The notes under the pieces are model-generated. The model did not search any database, was not told the DNA's origin, and saw only the letters and a list, made by a program, of their open reading frames with translations. A stretch of 64,000 bases of DNA from Candidatus Helarchaeota archaeon (GTDB taxonomy: Archaea; Asgardarchaeota; Lokiarchaeia; Helarchaeales; RDOG01), in contig JAHPZH010000002.1 in NCBI GenBank assembly GCA_019058315.1, positions 608,001 through 672,000 on the forward strand. The letters are read 5' to 3'. Numbering within the stretch: the stretch's first letter is position 1; each line of letters opens with the position of its first letter. The translations under genes and the position numbers were made by a program. This document shows positions 52,559 to 63,061 of the stretch, in pieces.

Positions 52559-53059
52559 TCATAATTTATTACCACAATGCACACAAAATCTCGAATCTAT
52601 TGAAATATATCTCTTACATTTAGAACATTTTTTAAATTTGTTTAGATCAATATATAAATCGTCCTTAATGGATTTATCTAAATGAACGTCTTTAAATATT
52701 TTAGGATTTACCTCACGAGTTAATAGAAATTCTTTAGGTGGAATATAAGAATAAATAGGTACTCCATCAATATACCCTATAGAAGTTTTGATTCGTAATG
52801 GTGGGTTTTTCAAGATCTCTTTTTCGATCTTTTTAATTTTCACATCTTGATCTTTAATTAACCGGTTTCTTCTAAAGGTGTCTAGATAGATATGAATATG
52901 AATTATTAGATAAGCATAAACTATTGAAGAAAAAATTAACGAAACAATTAATAGGTAAAAAACATTAGATCTGAAAGAGTGAATTGCTATAAAAATTAGA
53001 AATAAACCTATACAAACCATAAGGAATATGGATAAAAAGATTCCTAATTTTTCATTCAA
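52559..53059 (-). CDS. Two-TM protein with a C-terminal double zinc ribbon
   Basis: Two hydrophobic helices; VHLDK...KKCSKCKRYIS..SRFCVHCG. Confidence 0.75.
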   Translation of the reverse strand: MNEKLGIFLSIFLMVCIGLFLIFIAIHSFRSNVFYLLIVSLIFSSIVYAYLIIHIHIYLDTFRRNRLIKDQDVKIKKIEKEILKNPPLRIKTSIGYIDGVPIYSYIPPKEFLLTREVNPKIFKDVHLDKSIKDDLYIDLNKFKKCSKCKRYISIDSRFCVHCGNKL

Positions 53060-53060
53060 T

Positions 53061-53525
53061 TTAAACCATTTTAAAACTTTCTTTCTTAAATTTGCTCTTG
53101 TTTTTTGATTTTGTTTGAGTACAATATATACAAAATTCTGAATTTTTTGAGATATACCTCTTACAATTTGAACATTTTTTAACTTTTTCTAAATCTATGT
53201 AATCATTATCCTTAAAATCCTTATCTAAATGAACCTTTTTATGAGTTTTAGGGTTAATTTTTTGATCAAACATGAATTCAAGGGAAGGACGAGTCTTATA
53301 AATAGGTCTTCTTAAATTTGACTTAATACCCTGCTTTGTTGACATTCGCATGGCTTTAAAATCAGATTTATATTGGATTCCAAAGGGTGGTTTTTCCTTT
53401 AGATCTTTTTCCATTTGATAGACAATTTTATTACGTTCGCAATGTACGCAATATTTAGAAGATTTAGGATAGTACTTCTTACATTTAGGACATTTTTTAA
53501 ATTTATCTCCCAAATTTTCTTTCAT
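53061..53525 (-). CDS. Soluble protein with two double zinc ribbons (paralogue of 52559-53059)
   Basis: KKCPKC..SKYCVHC and VHLDK..KKCSNC..SEFCIYC. Confidence 0.75.
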   Translation of the reverse strand: MKENLGDKFKKCPKCKKYYPKSSKYCVHCERNKIVYQMEKDLKEKPPFGIQYKSDFKAMRMSTKQGIKSNLRRPIYKTRPSLEFMFDQKINPKTHKKVHLDKDFKDNDYIDLEKVKKCSNCKRYISKNSEFCIYCTQTKSKNKSKFKKESFKMV

Positions 53526-53557
53526 TTAACATTCCCACTATTAAGAAATGATTAATT

Positions 53558-54139
53558 CTAATCTTTTATTTGCAATCCACAATTGATACAAAATTTAGAG
53601 TCATTAGGCATCATAAAATTGCATCTAGGACATTCATTTGAGGAATTCTCCTCAATTTGATCTTGGTTTTTTAAAATGTTTTGAAATTCCCATAAATCGA
53701 GTTCTTTCTTACAATTCGGACAATTTGCTTTAGTTTTTAACCATTCAAGAAATTCTCCTAAATGATAAGGTGCACTACAGAAAGGACAAAATACAAGATT
53801 TTCCCCACTTACTCGTCTCTTGCAAATAATGCATTTTGGTAACTCATTTCCACAAGATGTACACCTAACTCTATAACTTGAGTTATTCTGACCACAATTA
53901 GGGCATATTATTTCTTCAGAAGCAATCACTAAATCCTTATCCATATGAACTTTAGAATATATTTTTTTTTCGGGGATATCTGAGTTGAAACGCTTCTTAT
54001 ATTGTTCTATAATACCTAACCTTTGTAATTCTGCATCAGCTTCTCTATAACTTCTCCAACCATAGCCCCAACGAAAAATTTTATATAAAGCTTTTCTTTT
54101 TTTCTCTAAAATACGTATTATTTCATCTTTTTTACTCAA
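53558..54139 (-). CDS. Zinc ribbon - RING-like - zinc ribbon protein (candidate E3 ligase)
   Basis: CIIC...CPFC...H...LEWL....CPNC flanked by CPNC..CTSC and CPRC..CINC. Confidence 0.7.
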   Translation of the reverse strand: MSKKDEIIRILEKKRKALYKIFRWGYGWRSYREADAELQRLGIIEQYKKRFNSDIPEKKIYSKVHMDKDLVIASEEIICPNCGQNNSSYRVRCTSCGNELPKCIICKRRVSGENLVFCPFCSAPYHLGEFLEWLKTKANCPNCKKELDLWEFQNILKNQDQIEENSSNECPRCNFMMPNDSKFCINCGLQIKD

Positions 54140-54308
54140 GAGATTAACCCCAACATTTCAAACTAATCATTATCATAAAAACCAATTAATTTAAAATTAT
54201 GTGATTGGGAAATTTTAAATTATAAAACATATCGTTAAATTGGTCTTTAAGAAATTTAATTAAATCTGCTTAAAAATAGAAAAAATAATAGAAAAAAAGA
54301 GGGAAAAT

Positions 54309-55337
<1,029 letters not shown>

Positions 55338-55765
55338 CTAACTATATTTTTTACCGAAATTATAAAGAATTTTCATTTTTTATTTAAAATTAAAAAATTC
55401 ATTTACGGTAATTGTAATAGTTCATAGATTTGAATGGTTATTTAATTTTTCCTAGCCAATTTGCTATTCAAATTTTAAATTAGGTAAAAGATTTTCTAAT
55501 TGGGACCTAAAATTAATAATAATGATTAATAATCGATAAAGAAAAATAAATTAAACGTTAATAATGCAAATTTATAGTATCTTTACCAGAAATCTATTAT
55601 AATTTCATTTCTATTCATACGAATTATAGTTTTATCTTCAAATAAAATTTAAATTGATCATCTGATAATGTAAATTCACTAAATAGATTAGGTTTAAATA
55701 AAAAATAACTTTATGTTTCTTGAATAAAAGCTCAATAGGAGTTGAATAACAGGATTTAGATAAAA

Positions 55766-57709
55766 ATGAGTGAAGAACCACGCATTGGAGTTTTTATTTG
55801 TCGTTGAGGCAAGAATATTGCTAGCGTAGTTGACGTAGAAGGTTTGGTCGAATATTCAAGCGATTTACCTTGTGTTAAATGCTCAGATCAAAACATAGCA
55901 CTATGTTCAGAACCTGGCGCAGAATTTATTAAAGAATGTATTGAAGAACATGACTTAAACCGTGTTATAGTAGCTGCTTGCACTCCATTAACTCACCAAC
56001 CAGTGTTCCATGCAGTTTTAGAGGAAGCTAATCTTCCTTCAAGAATGCTTGAATTCTCAAATTTAAGAGAACAAGTATCATTTGTCCATGCGGAAGATAA
56101 AGAAAAATCATTAGATCAAGCAAAAGACATTATACGAGGAGCTGTCGGAAGAGCACAACTACTTGAAGCAGTCCCACGAAAAGTGGTAGACGTTATACCT
56201 AAATGTGCTATTATCGGTGGCGGTATTGCAGGGATGACAGCAGCTTTAGAATTGGCTGATAAAGGCTTTAAAGTTTACTTAATTGAAAAAACGCCCTCAC
56301 TAGGGGGAAATATGGCAAAATTAGATAGAATCTTCCCTACTGATGAATGTTGTATTTGAATCTTGGGACCATTAATGCTTGAAGTTAATCGCAATTCAAA
56401 TATTGAAGTAATGGCATATTCAGAAGTGACTAAAGTTGATGGCTTTGTAGGTAATTTCAAGGTCCATGTGACTAAGAAACCTCGATATGTCTTACCCGAT
56501 GTTTGCAATTCATGCGGTGCTTGTGTAGATGTCTGTCCTATATATATACCAAACGAATTTAACTTTGGATTCTCACCAAAAAAAGCTATCGACATTCTAT
56601 TTCCACAAGCTGTTCCAGCAGTATATACAATTGAAGAAGAAAACTGTGTTCGATGTTATGCATGTGTAAACTCGTGTGAAGTTCATGCAATTGATTTCGC
56701 CCAAGAACCTGAAGAAGTTGAATTGGATGTCGGAACAATCATTGTGTGCCCTGGCTGGGACATGTTTGAATCTGATAGATATGGATACGGAAAATATTGG
56801 AATGTAATTAACCAAATTCAACTGGAAAGAATTCTTTCCGCCAGTGGACCCACAGAAGGACATTTGTTACGAGTTTCTGATAATAAAGTCCCTAAAAAAG
56901 TATTAATGATCAACTGTGTCGGAGCAAGATCTGAAAAAGAAGGTGAACATACCTATTGTCCAGGTGTATGCTGCTTAGTGACCATAAAAAATGCTCAATT
57001 AATACTAAGTGAATACCCAGATACTGAAGTTATAGTCTCTTATCGAGATATTAGAACACCTGGTAAAAATTATGAAGAGTATTACCGTCGTGCTCGAGAA
57101 AAAGGAATAATCTTTATTAAAGGTATGGTTGGAGATATTGAAGAGGATCCAGTTACAAAGAACCTCATTTGTTACTTAGAGGATGAAGGAACGGGCCAAA
57201 ATCTTGAATATGAAGCAGATATGGTCGTTCTTTCTGCGGTACCTTATCCATCCAAAGGGGTGGATCAAATTGCAGATTTAATGAAACTTGAAAGAACCCC
57301 TGACGGATTTTTAAGGGAGTTTCATAATAGACTTGATCCAATTAGGACTAAAGTGCCCGGTGTTTTTATTGCAGGTTTTGCTCAAGCGCCTAAACCAGTA
57401 GATATGACTGTAAATCAAGGAAAAGGAGCTGCTTCAGCAGCGGCAACTTTGCTCGTTCAAGGAAAATACGAAATAGAACTTATTCGAGCACAATGTAACC
57501 ATGAAGTTTGTAGCCTATGTGGGAATTGTGTTGAAATTTGTCCTTATAATGCAGTAACAATCGAAAATGATAAAGTCATCGTTGACGAAATAGCATGCCA
57601 AGGATGTGGTGCATGTTCTACAGTCTGCAAAAATAATGCCATGACTTTGCGATACTTTAGAAATATTCAATATGAAGCAATGATAGAAGGAATATTACAG
57701 ATTATTTAA
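55766..57709 (+). CDS. hdrA: Heterodisulfide reductase subunit A, selenoprotein with two Sec (UGA at 55805-07 and 56357-59), 647 aa
   Basis: One frame from ATG 55766: MSEEPRIGVFICR*GKNIA and FPTDECCI*ILGP, with both TGAs at conserved Cys positions (CHCG; DCxxC); GGGIAG FAD motif; inserted and C-terminal ferredoxin motifs. Confidence 0.93.
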
Positions 57710-57720
57710 GAGGTATAAAA

Positions 57721-58155
57721 ATGAGCGAAGGATTTTTACCCAAAATTGCAGCATTCTTATGCTGGAAATGAGGCTATGGCGCATGTGATATGGCTGGAAC
57801 AATTCGTCGTCAGTATCCTGCAAGCTTGCGAACAATTTTAGTTCCTTGCACTGCTAGAGTAGACCCAGAATATATAATTCGATCATTCTGTAAAGGCGCT
57901 GATGGAGCTATCGTAGTCGGCTGATTAGAAGGCGATTGCGATTACGAAACCGGAAATCTATTAGCAAGACGCCAAGTGGAATATTTAAAATTATTATGTA
58001 AGACACTTGGACTTAACGAAGACAGAGTCGAAATGAATAATATGAGTTCAGCAGAAGGAGCAAAATTCGCTGATTTTGCTAGTGAAGTTACAGAAAATAT
58101 CCAAAAAATTGGACCAAACCCACTTAAAACTGCTAAAGCAAAAAAAATTGCTTAA
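57721..58155 (+). CDS. mvhD: MvhD/VhuD [2Fe-2S] subunit, selenoprotein with two Sec (UGA at 57769-71 and 57922-24), 144 aa; absent from the ORF track
   Basis: MSEGFLPKIAAFLCWK*GYGACDMAG..QYP..VPCTARVD..GADG..VG*LEGDCDY..GN..SSAEG.KF..IGPNP; GAGGT upstream. Confidence 0.93.
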
Positions 58156-58160
58156 TTATA

Positions 58161-58233
58161 CTGCCTATAAAGATTGATCTTTGCAGTAAAAGTTGAGCTG
58201 CAAAGTGACTACTCTTGCAAAGAGTTTAGGCAG
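58161..58233 (+). ncRNA. Eukaryote-like (Asgard-type) SECIS element
   Basis: Helix I CTGCCTA/TAGGCAG; core UGAU (58175-78)/UGAC (58206-09) giving tandem G-A pairs; helix II CTTTGCAG/CTGCAAAG; apical AAAA; begins 5 nt after the mvhD stop. Confidence 0.88.
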
Positions 58234-58265
58234 AAATTCAATATTTATTTAAAAGAGGAATTTTA

Positions 58266-59414
58266 ATGGAAATTGGAGAAACCTATACGGTAAGACCTGA
58301 TGAGTCAGCTCTGATCAAACTATTTCAGATGCTATTAGAAGAAAAAGTTGTCGATTCTGTTTTAGGATTTGATATTAAGAAAAAAAGATATGATCTATCA
58401 CCTAAAGCTATTGAAAATCCAAAAGAATTAACTCTTCTTCCTCTTTCCCAATATCTTGCTTATAATTATGCTAGAATAAATTCATCATCAAAGTTTGTTC
58501 ATACGAAAATGAATCCTCGTAATAAGAAAATTGCACTTATTGCACGTCCATGTGACACCCGAGCATTTATTGAACTCTCTAAATTTAATCAATTAAAACT
58601 TGATAATCTTTTTATTATCTGTACTAATTGCACTGGTTCAATTTCTGCAGCCGATGTTCAAAAAGGTATTGAAAATTTAAAGTTAGATCCTGAAAATGTT
58701 GAGGCAGAGGAATTAGGAATTAATTCTATAAAAATACTAATAGCTGGGAAAATACAAGAGATTAAATTTTCTGATTCTATTAAACGATGGGATAATTGTA
58801 GCAGATGTCATAAAAGAGAAGGAAGTATTTGCGATATACAAGTAGATTTTTATCTCGATGGTACTAAAAAAGTTATAACCCTAACGATCATTTCTGAAAA
58901 AGGTAAAGAGATATTGGAAAAAGCTGTGTCTTCCAAAAAAATTCAATTAGACAAAACTACTGCTGCTGTTAAAAAAAGGAAGGAATTAATGGAAAAAATA
59001 GTTGCTCAAGCCACTGAATATAGGGAAAAATCTATTGCTGATTTTCAGAATTTATCTGATGAAGAAAAATTTGCTAAAATAGCTAAAGAATTTATAGAAC
59101 CCTGTCGAGTTTGTGGGCAATGTATTAATGCGTGTCCTGTCTGTTATTGTCCTACATGTGATGTGATGCGAAGAAGAAAGGAAAAGGAAGCCGGTTTTGA
59201 TGGAAGACTTTATTTACTAACTAAAATGGCTCATATGGGTGATATATGCATAGGATGCGGAAAATGCACAGTTGCATGTCCAGCAAAAATTCAAAGTGCA
59301 TTCTTCTATGATGTTTTAACTGATTATGTCAAACAAGCTTTTGGTTATGAACCTGGAAGATCAGCTGAAGAAATCTATCCCAGAACAATGAAGGCTATTA
59401 AGAAATCTAGATAA
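58266..59414 (+). CDS. FrhB/FdhB-family F420-interacting subunit with C-terminal [4Fe-4S] clusters
   Basis: IALIARPCD.RA..EL....Q...DNL..I..NC.G, C.RC, CRVCGQCINACPVCYC..C, CIGCGKCTVACP. Confidence 0.85.
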   Translation: MEIGETYTVRPDESALIKLFQMLLEEKVVDSVLGFDIKKKRYDLSPKAIENPKELTLLPLSQYLAYNYARINSSSKFVHTKMNPRNKKIALIARPCDTRAFIELSKFNQLKLDNLFIICTNCTGSISAADVQKGIENLKLDPENVEAEELGINSIKILIAGKIQEIKFSDSIKRWDNCSRCHKREGSICDIQVDFYLDGTKKVITLTIISEKGKEILEKAVSSKKIQLDKTTAAVKKRKELMEKIVAQATEYREKSIADFQNLSDEEKFAKIAKEFIEPCRVCGQCINACPVCYCPTCDVMRRRKEKEAGFDGRLYLLTKMAHMGDICIGCGKCTVACPAKIQSAFFYDVLTDYVKQAFGYEPGRSAEEIYPRTMKAIKKSR

Positions 59415-59467
59415 TTTTTTAATTTTTAATAATTCATTTTTTTAAAGTCTTATTTTAGGAATAAACC

Positions 59468-60961
59468 TTAATTTTCTTCAGAGGGTTTTTTCGAAGATCC
59501 AATCCTTTTTGTAAGTTCTTCTCTATCCAATACACTTTTTCTTTTAATGAAACTCGAAAAACTAATAGGACTTATAAAGGCAGTTAAAATTGCAGTAAAA
59601 ATCAAAATTTCTTGTAATACGGGTGCAATTAAGTAGTATTCTACACCGATACTGGCTGCAGCAATAAGTAAAGTTAACCGCGAAGATTGTAATATTCCAG
59701 AACCTATACCATCTTTTACTGTTTGATAGCGAGAGTGATAAATTACATTTGGAATTATTTTTACTAAGAATGCTACAGAAATTATCATAATTAATAGAAA
59801 AATTGATTCATTTGATGAAAATAATTCATTTACTTCAAATTTTGCACCTACTGTAATAAAAAATATAGGGATGGTAAAACCATAACCTATTGCATGTAAT
59901 TTTGAATGTAATTCTCGTGATTTTTCATGGGGACTAATAAGTGATATTATCATTCCAGCAAGAAATGCTCCCAAAATCATTTCTACACCTAATAACTCAG
60001 ATAATACAACAAATATTAAGAGTAGAAAAATTGCCCCAGTAATTTTCAGTTCATATGTTTCAGTATTCATTACAGCAAGTCTAGAATGCCATTTAGGAGA
60101 TTTTTTTAGAATTTTCATAATTTGAAATGCTGTAAATGCAATAATGAATATCATGGGTAATAAGAGTAACTCGAGTGCAATCCCCGTGGTGTGAATTATA
60201 ATAAATGTAGTAATAAGCATCATTGACGCAAAATCTGCAATAATTGCGGAAATAATAATTCTCAAACCATAATCAGATTCAGCAAGACCTAATTCAGATA
60301 AAGTTGGAAATACAACACCTACTGAAGTAGTTGTAAGAACTAATGCAAGATAAAAAAGATCAAAATAATGAGCATTAATAAGCCCTAATGGTTTTGGTGG
60401 ATCAAAAATTAATATTAGATTAAATAAATTATTTTGCATTTCACTAGCTAATACTTCTAATATAAATGTGAATAGAAAACATAAAGCTATTACAAAACCG
60501 AAAATGATCACACCTAAAAGAAGGGGTTTATGATCTAGATCTAATTCATCATAGGTTATACCTCTCATATGCCACCAATGATGATCTAAATCATCTTTAT
60601 GTCTTTCTTTATGTTTTTTAACTTCATCTTTTATGTCAGGATGAATTAAATGCTCAAAATCTATCTCCAATCCACTAGAGAACATTAAAAATGCAAATCC
60701 AAAAAAAGAAAGAAATTCTAACCATAAACTAGGACTTATTATATTAAATCCACTCTTTCCTAAAAGAATTCCGATAAGAATCTCGCCTACTACAACTGGT
60801 ATTTGAATAGTTTTAATTCGGGATGTTATTATTGGAATAATCAAGGCGCATAACATAATAATTAGAAGAGAGATTAGGGATCCAGCAGAAAATTCTTTTA
60901 ATTTCTCAACTTCTGTAAAATATGCTATTACAAATAAAAATAAATTTGGATCTTCTGGCAA
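59468..60961 (-). CDS. CPA2-family cation:proton antiporter
   Basis: P.VVGEIL.GI.LG, LMF.SGLE.D, TTSVGVV, AIIAD, LGAFLAG, PIFF..VG. Confidence 0.9.
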   Translation of the reverse strand: MPEDPNLFLFVIAYFTEVEKLKEFSAGSLISLLIIMLCALIIPIITSRIKTIQIPVVVGEILIGILLGKSGFNIISPSLWLEFLSFFGFAFLMFSSGLEIDFEHLIHPDIKDEVKKHKERHKDDLDHHWWHMRGITYDELDLDHKPLLLGVIIFGFVIALCFLFTFILEVLASEMQNNLFNLILIFDPPKPLGLINAHYFDLFYLALVLTTTSVGVVFPTLSELGLAESDYGLRIIISAIIADFASMMLITTFIIIHTTGIALELLLLPMIFIIAFTAFQIMKILKKSPKWHSRLAVMNTETYELKITGAIFLLLIFVVLSELLGVEMILGAFLAGMIISLISPHEKSRELHSKLHAIGYGFTIPIFFITVGAKFEVNELFSSNESIFLLIMIISVAFLVKIIPNVIYHSRYQTVKDGIGSGILQSSRLTLLIAAASIGVEYYLIAPVLQEILIFTAILTAFISPISFSSFIKRKSVLDREELTKRIGSSKKPSEEN

Positions 60962-61226
60962 TTTTATCAGAACTATATAATTTTATCTAAACATCATTTT
61001 AATAGGAAATTTTAATTTAATCATTATTTAGTAATATGAAATCTAAATTCGCTATTCATATTTATTTTTAGTGTAAAGTATTAAAAAATTAATCTAATCT
61101 TGATTTTAACTTAAAGATTAAAATTATAATTCTATCACAACTATTTTATGGTTATTTAAGACCTAAAACTTCCTCTTTTTTTGATAAAATTATATTTTCT
61201 GAATTTTTAACATATTTTACATAAAC

Positions 61227-61245
61227 AACATAAAAATTTTATGTT
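61227..61245. promoter_or_regulatory. Palindrome in a divergent intergenic region (possible operator)
   Basis: AACATAAAA-A-TTTTATGTT with flanking ACATAAA direct copies. Confidence 0.35.
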
Positions 61246-61314
61246 AAAATCACATAAAAGCACTTTTTCTTTAATAGGTAATAGTAACTTTTACTACTTT
61301 TAGAAGGGTTCAAT

Positions 61315-61848
61315 GTGAGTGTCATGTCAAGAAGTTTAGATGATTATTTGAATAAACCTACAGATGATGAAGCAGTTCCGTTTTATCATATTACAGCAAA
61401 TGATATTGATTTCAAAGTTCTTCCATTATTAATCTTATCATCTTATTTGAGAGGAGATGAAGAATTTTCAATTAAATTTGATAAAGCTCCAACAAGTTCT
61501 CAATTTGAAAAAATATCCTCTGTGGTTTCTAGACTCCCTGGGTTAGAAATTACATATATCACCATTAAAGAAATTTTTATAAAATATATTGCCTCCTATG
61601 AAGAACTGGATTTATCAAAAGTCGATAAATCATGGATAAATTTACTTTTAGAAGCATCAGAATTCGTGATACAAAAAAATAGTAAGGAATTACCTAAAAA
61701 AACACAGTCCCAATATTTTCAGTATAGAAAACGGGCTGAAAAATTATTCTTAAAAAGAAATTTGGAAGGGCATTCTAAATTCTTTGTAAAATTGATTCTA
61801 GAAAATATTTTAAATATTATTGGCGAAGTCTGGAATTCATTCCATTAA
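61315..61848 (+). CDS. Hypothetical protein resembling the middle domain of archaeal PhoU-type regulators
   Basis: LILSSYLRG.EEFSI...I..VVSRLPGLEI motif. Confidence 0.55.
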   Translation: MSVMSRSLDDYLNKPTDDEAVPFYHITANDIDFKVLPLLILSSYLRGDEEFSIKFDKAPTSSQFEKISSVVSRLPGLEITYITIKEIFIKYIASYEELDLSKVDKSWINLLLEASEFVIQKNSKELPKKTQSQYFQYRKRAEKLFLKRNLEGHSKFFVKLILENILNIIGEVWNSFH

Positions 61849-61979
61849 ATATTTTATACTTGCTTTGAAAATTTAGTAGAAATTCTCCTTTGAACCCTTC
61901 ACCAATTATGATTTATTTATTTGATTCTAAAAAATTTATTAAATTAATTAGATTTTAATATTAGATTTCGTATTTTTTC

Positions 61980-62378
61980 TTGAGGAAAATGACTATTGTT
62001 CATCGTAAATATTTAGTAAGTTACGGGGGACCGCCGTGGGTCCTAGGATATTATAAGAAATTATTGGATAATCCCCCTTGTAAAAAACCGGGAGATAAAA
62101 GAAGTAAAGAATTTTCATATGAATTTGAAACAATTCGAGGACCAAAAAATATTATTTATCTCCATCTTGTAGGTATAGACAAAGATCTGGATGAAACAGA
62201 AAGGCAACTTGCGAAATTTAAAATCGCCAGAATCGAAAACGAAAATGAATTAATCCTTATATTAGATGCAACGTATACATTTTCTAATTCTATTAATCTC
62301 TTTTTAGAATTTTGTAAAGAACAAAATTTCATTATAACAGGGCAACAAATTCATAAAAGAGAAATTAAAAGAATTTAG
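61980..62378 (+). CDS. Hypothetical protein
   Basis: 132-aa ORF filling the intergenic space, typical composition. Confidence 0.6.
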   Translation: MRKMTIVHRKYLVSYGGPPWVLGYYKKLLDNPPCKKPGDKRSKEFSYEFETIRGPKNIIYLHLVGIDKDLDETERQLAKFKIARIENENELILILDATYTFSNSINLFLEFCKEQNFIITGQQIHKREIKRI

Positions 62379-62412
62379 AATCTATTTTTATAATATATAA
62401 AATTAATCATTC

Positions 62413-62745
62413 CTAATAGTTCCCAAGCCAGCCTAAATCGTTTTTATTTTCGTCTAAAATATTTACTTTTGTAGTTACACGTTTTTCTTCATCGTCTTGA
62501 TAATGAATTAAATGCTGGAGACGGATATAAAAAATATTTTGACAATTTAAACATTGAATTTTGTAATCTATAGTGCGTTTTTCTCCTTTTTCATGTGTAA
62601 CTTTATCTTGCTCGATTTTTTCAAGTAATTTCAATCTTGATTGATTAGGATTACCACATTTTGAACACTGTTTTGGATTAATCGGATCAAATCCCCGACG
62701 ACCCAAAGAAACTTTAATTTGATTAGGAATCTCGTCCAAACTCAT
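62413..62745 (-). CDS. Small CxxC...CxxC zinc-binding hypothetical protein
   Basis: CSKC and CLNC; C-terminal DLGWLG. Confidence 0.65.
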   Translation of the reverse strand: MSLDEIPNQIKVSLGRRGFDPINPKQCSKCGNPNQSRLKLLEKIEQDKVTHEKGEKRTIDYKIQCLNCQNIFYIRLQHLIHYQDDEEKRVTTKVNILDENKNDLGWLGNY

Positions 62746-63061
62746 TTAAAACTCATTCCTTGTTTAAAAGTCTCATTAAAATCTAAACTATCAAATTAAT
62801 AAAAACATTTGGATCGCTTCTTTTTTATAGAAAATGTAATAGAATAACCCGCCTATATGAATTAATAAGAATTTAAAGATAATTTTGCTTTAAGATAAGT
62901 ATAACGAAAAATTTGCTTATAGTATTTCTTATAAATCTATGAAAGGACTATGCGTTGATAATCTTATATGTGAATTTTATATTAGGTATTAGATAAAAAA
63001 ATTTTTATTCATCATTATAATCCGTTAGTTAGAAATAGAATCCTATCAAAGGTGTAAAGAA

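Noticed and set aside
55844-57709. Two separate ORFs (171 and 448 aa) or an hdrA pseudogene
   Set aside because: Same frame; the TGAs fall on conserved Cys positions; the same pattern occurs in mvhD and a SECIS follows, so this is Sec recoding
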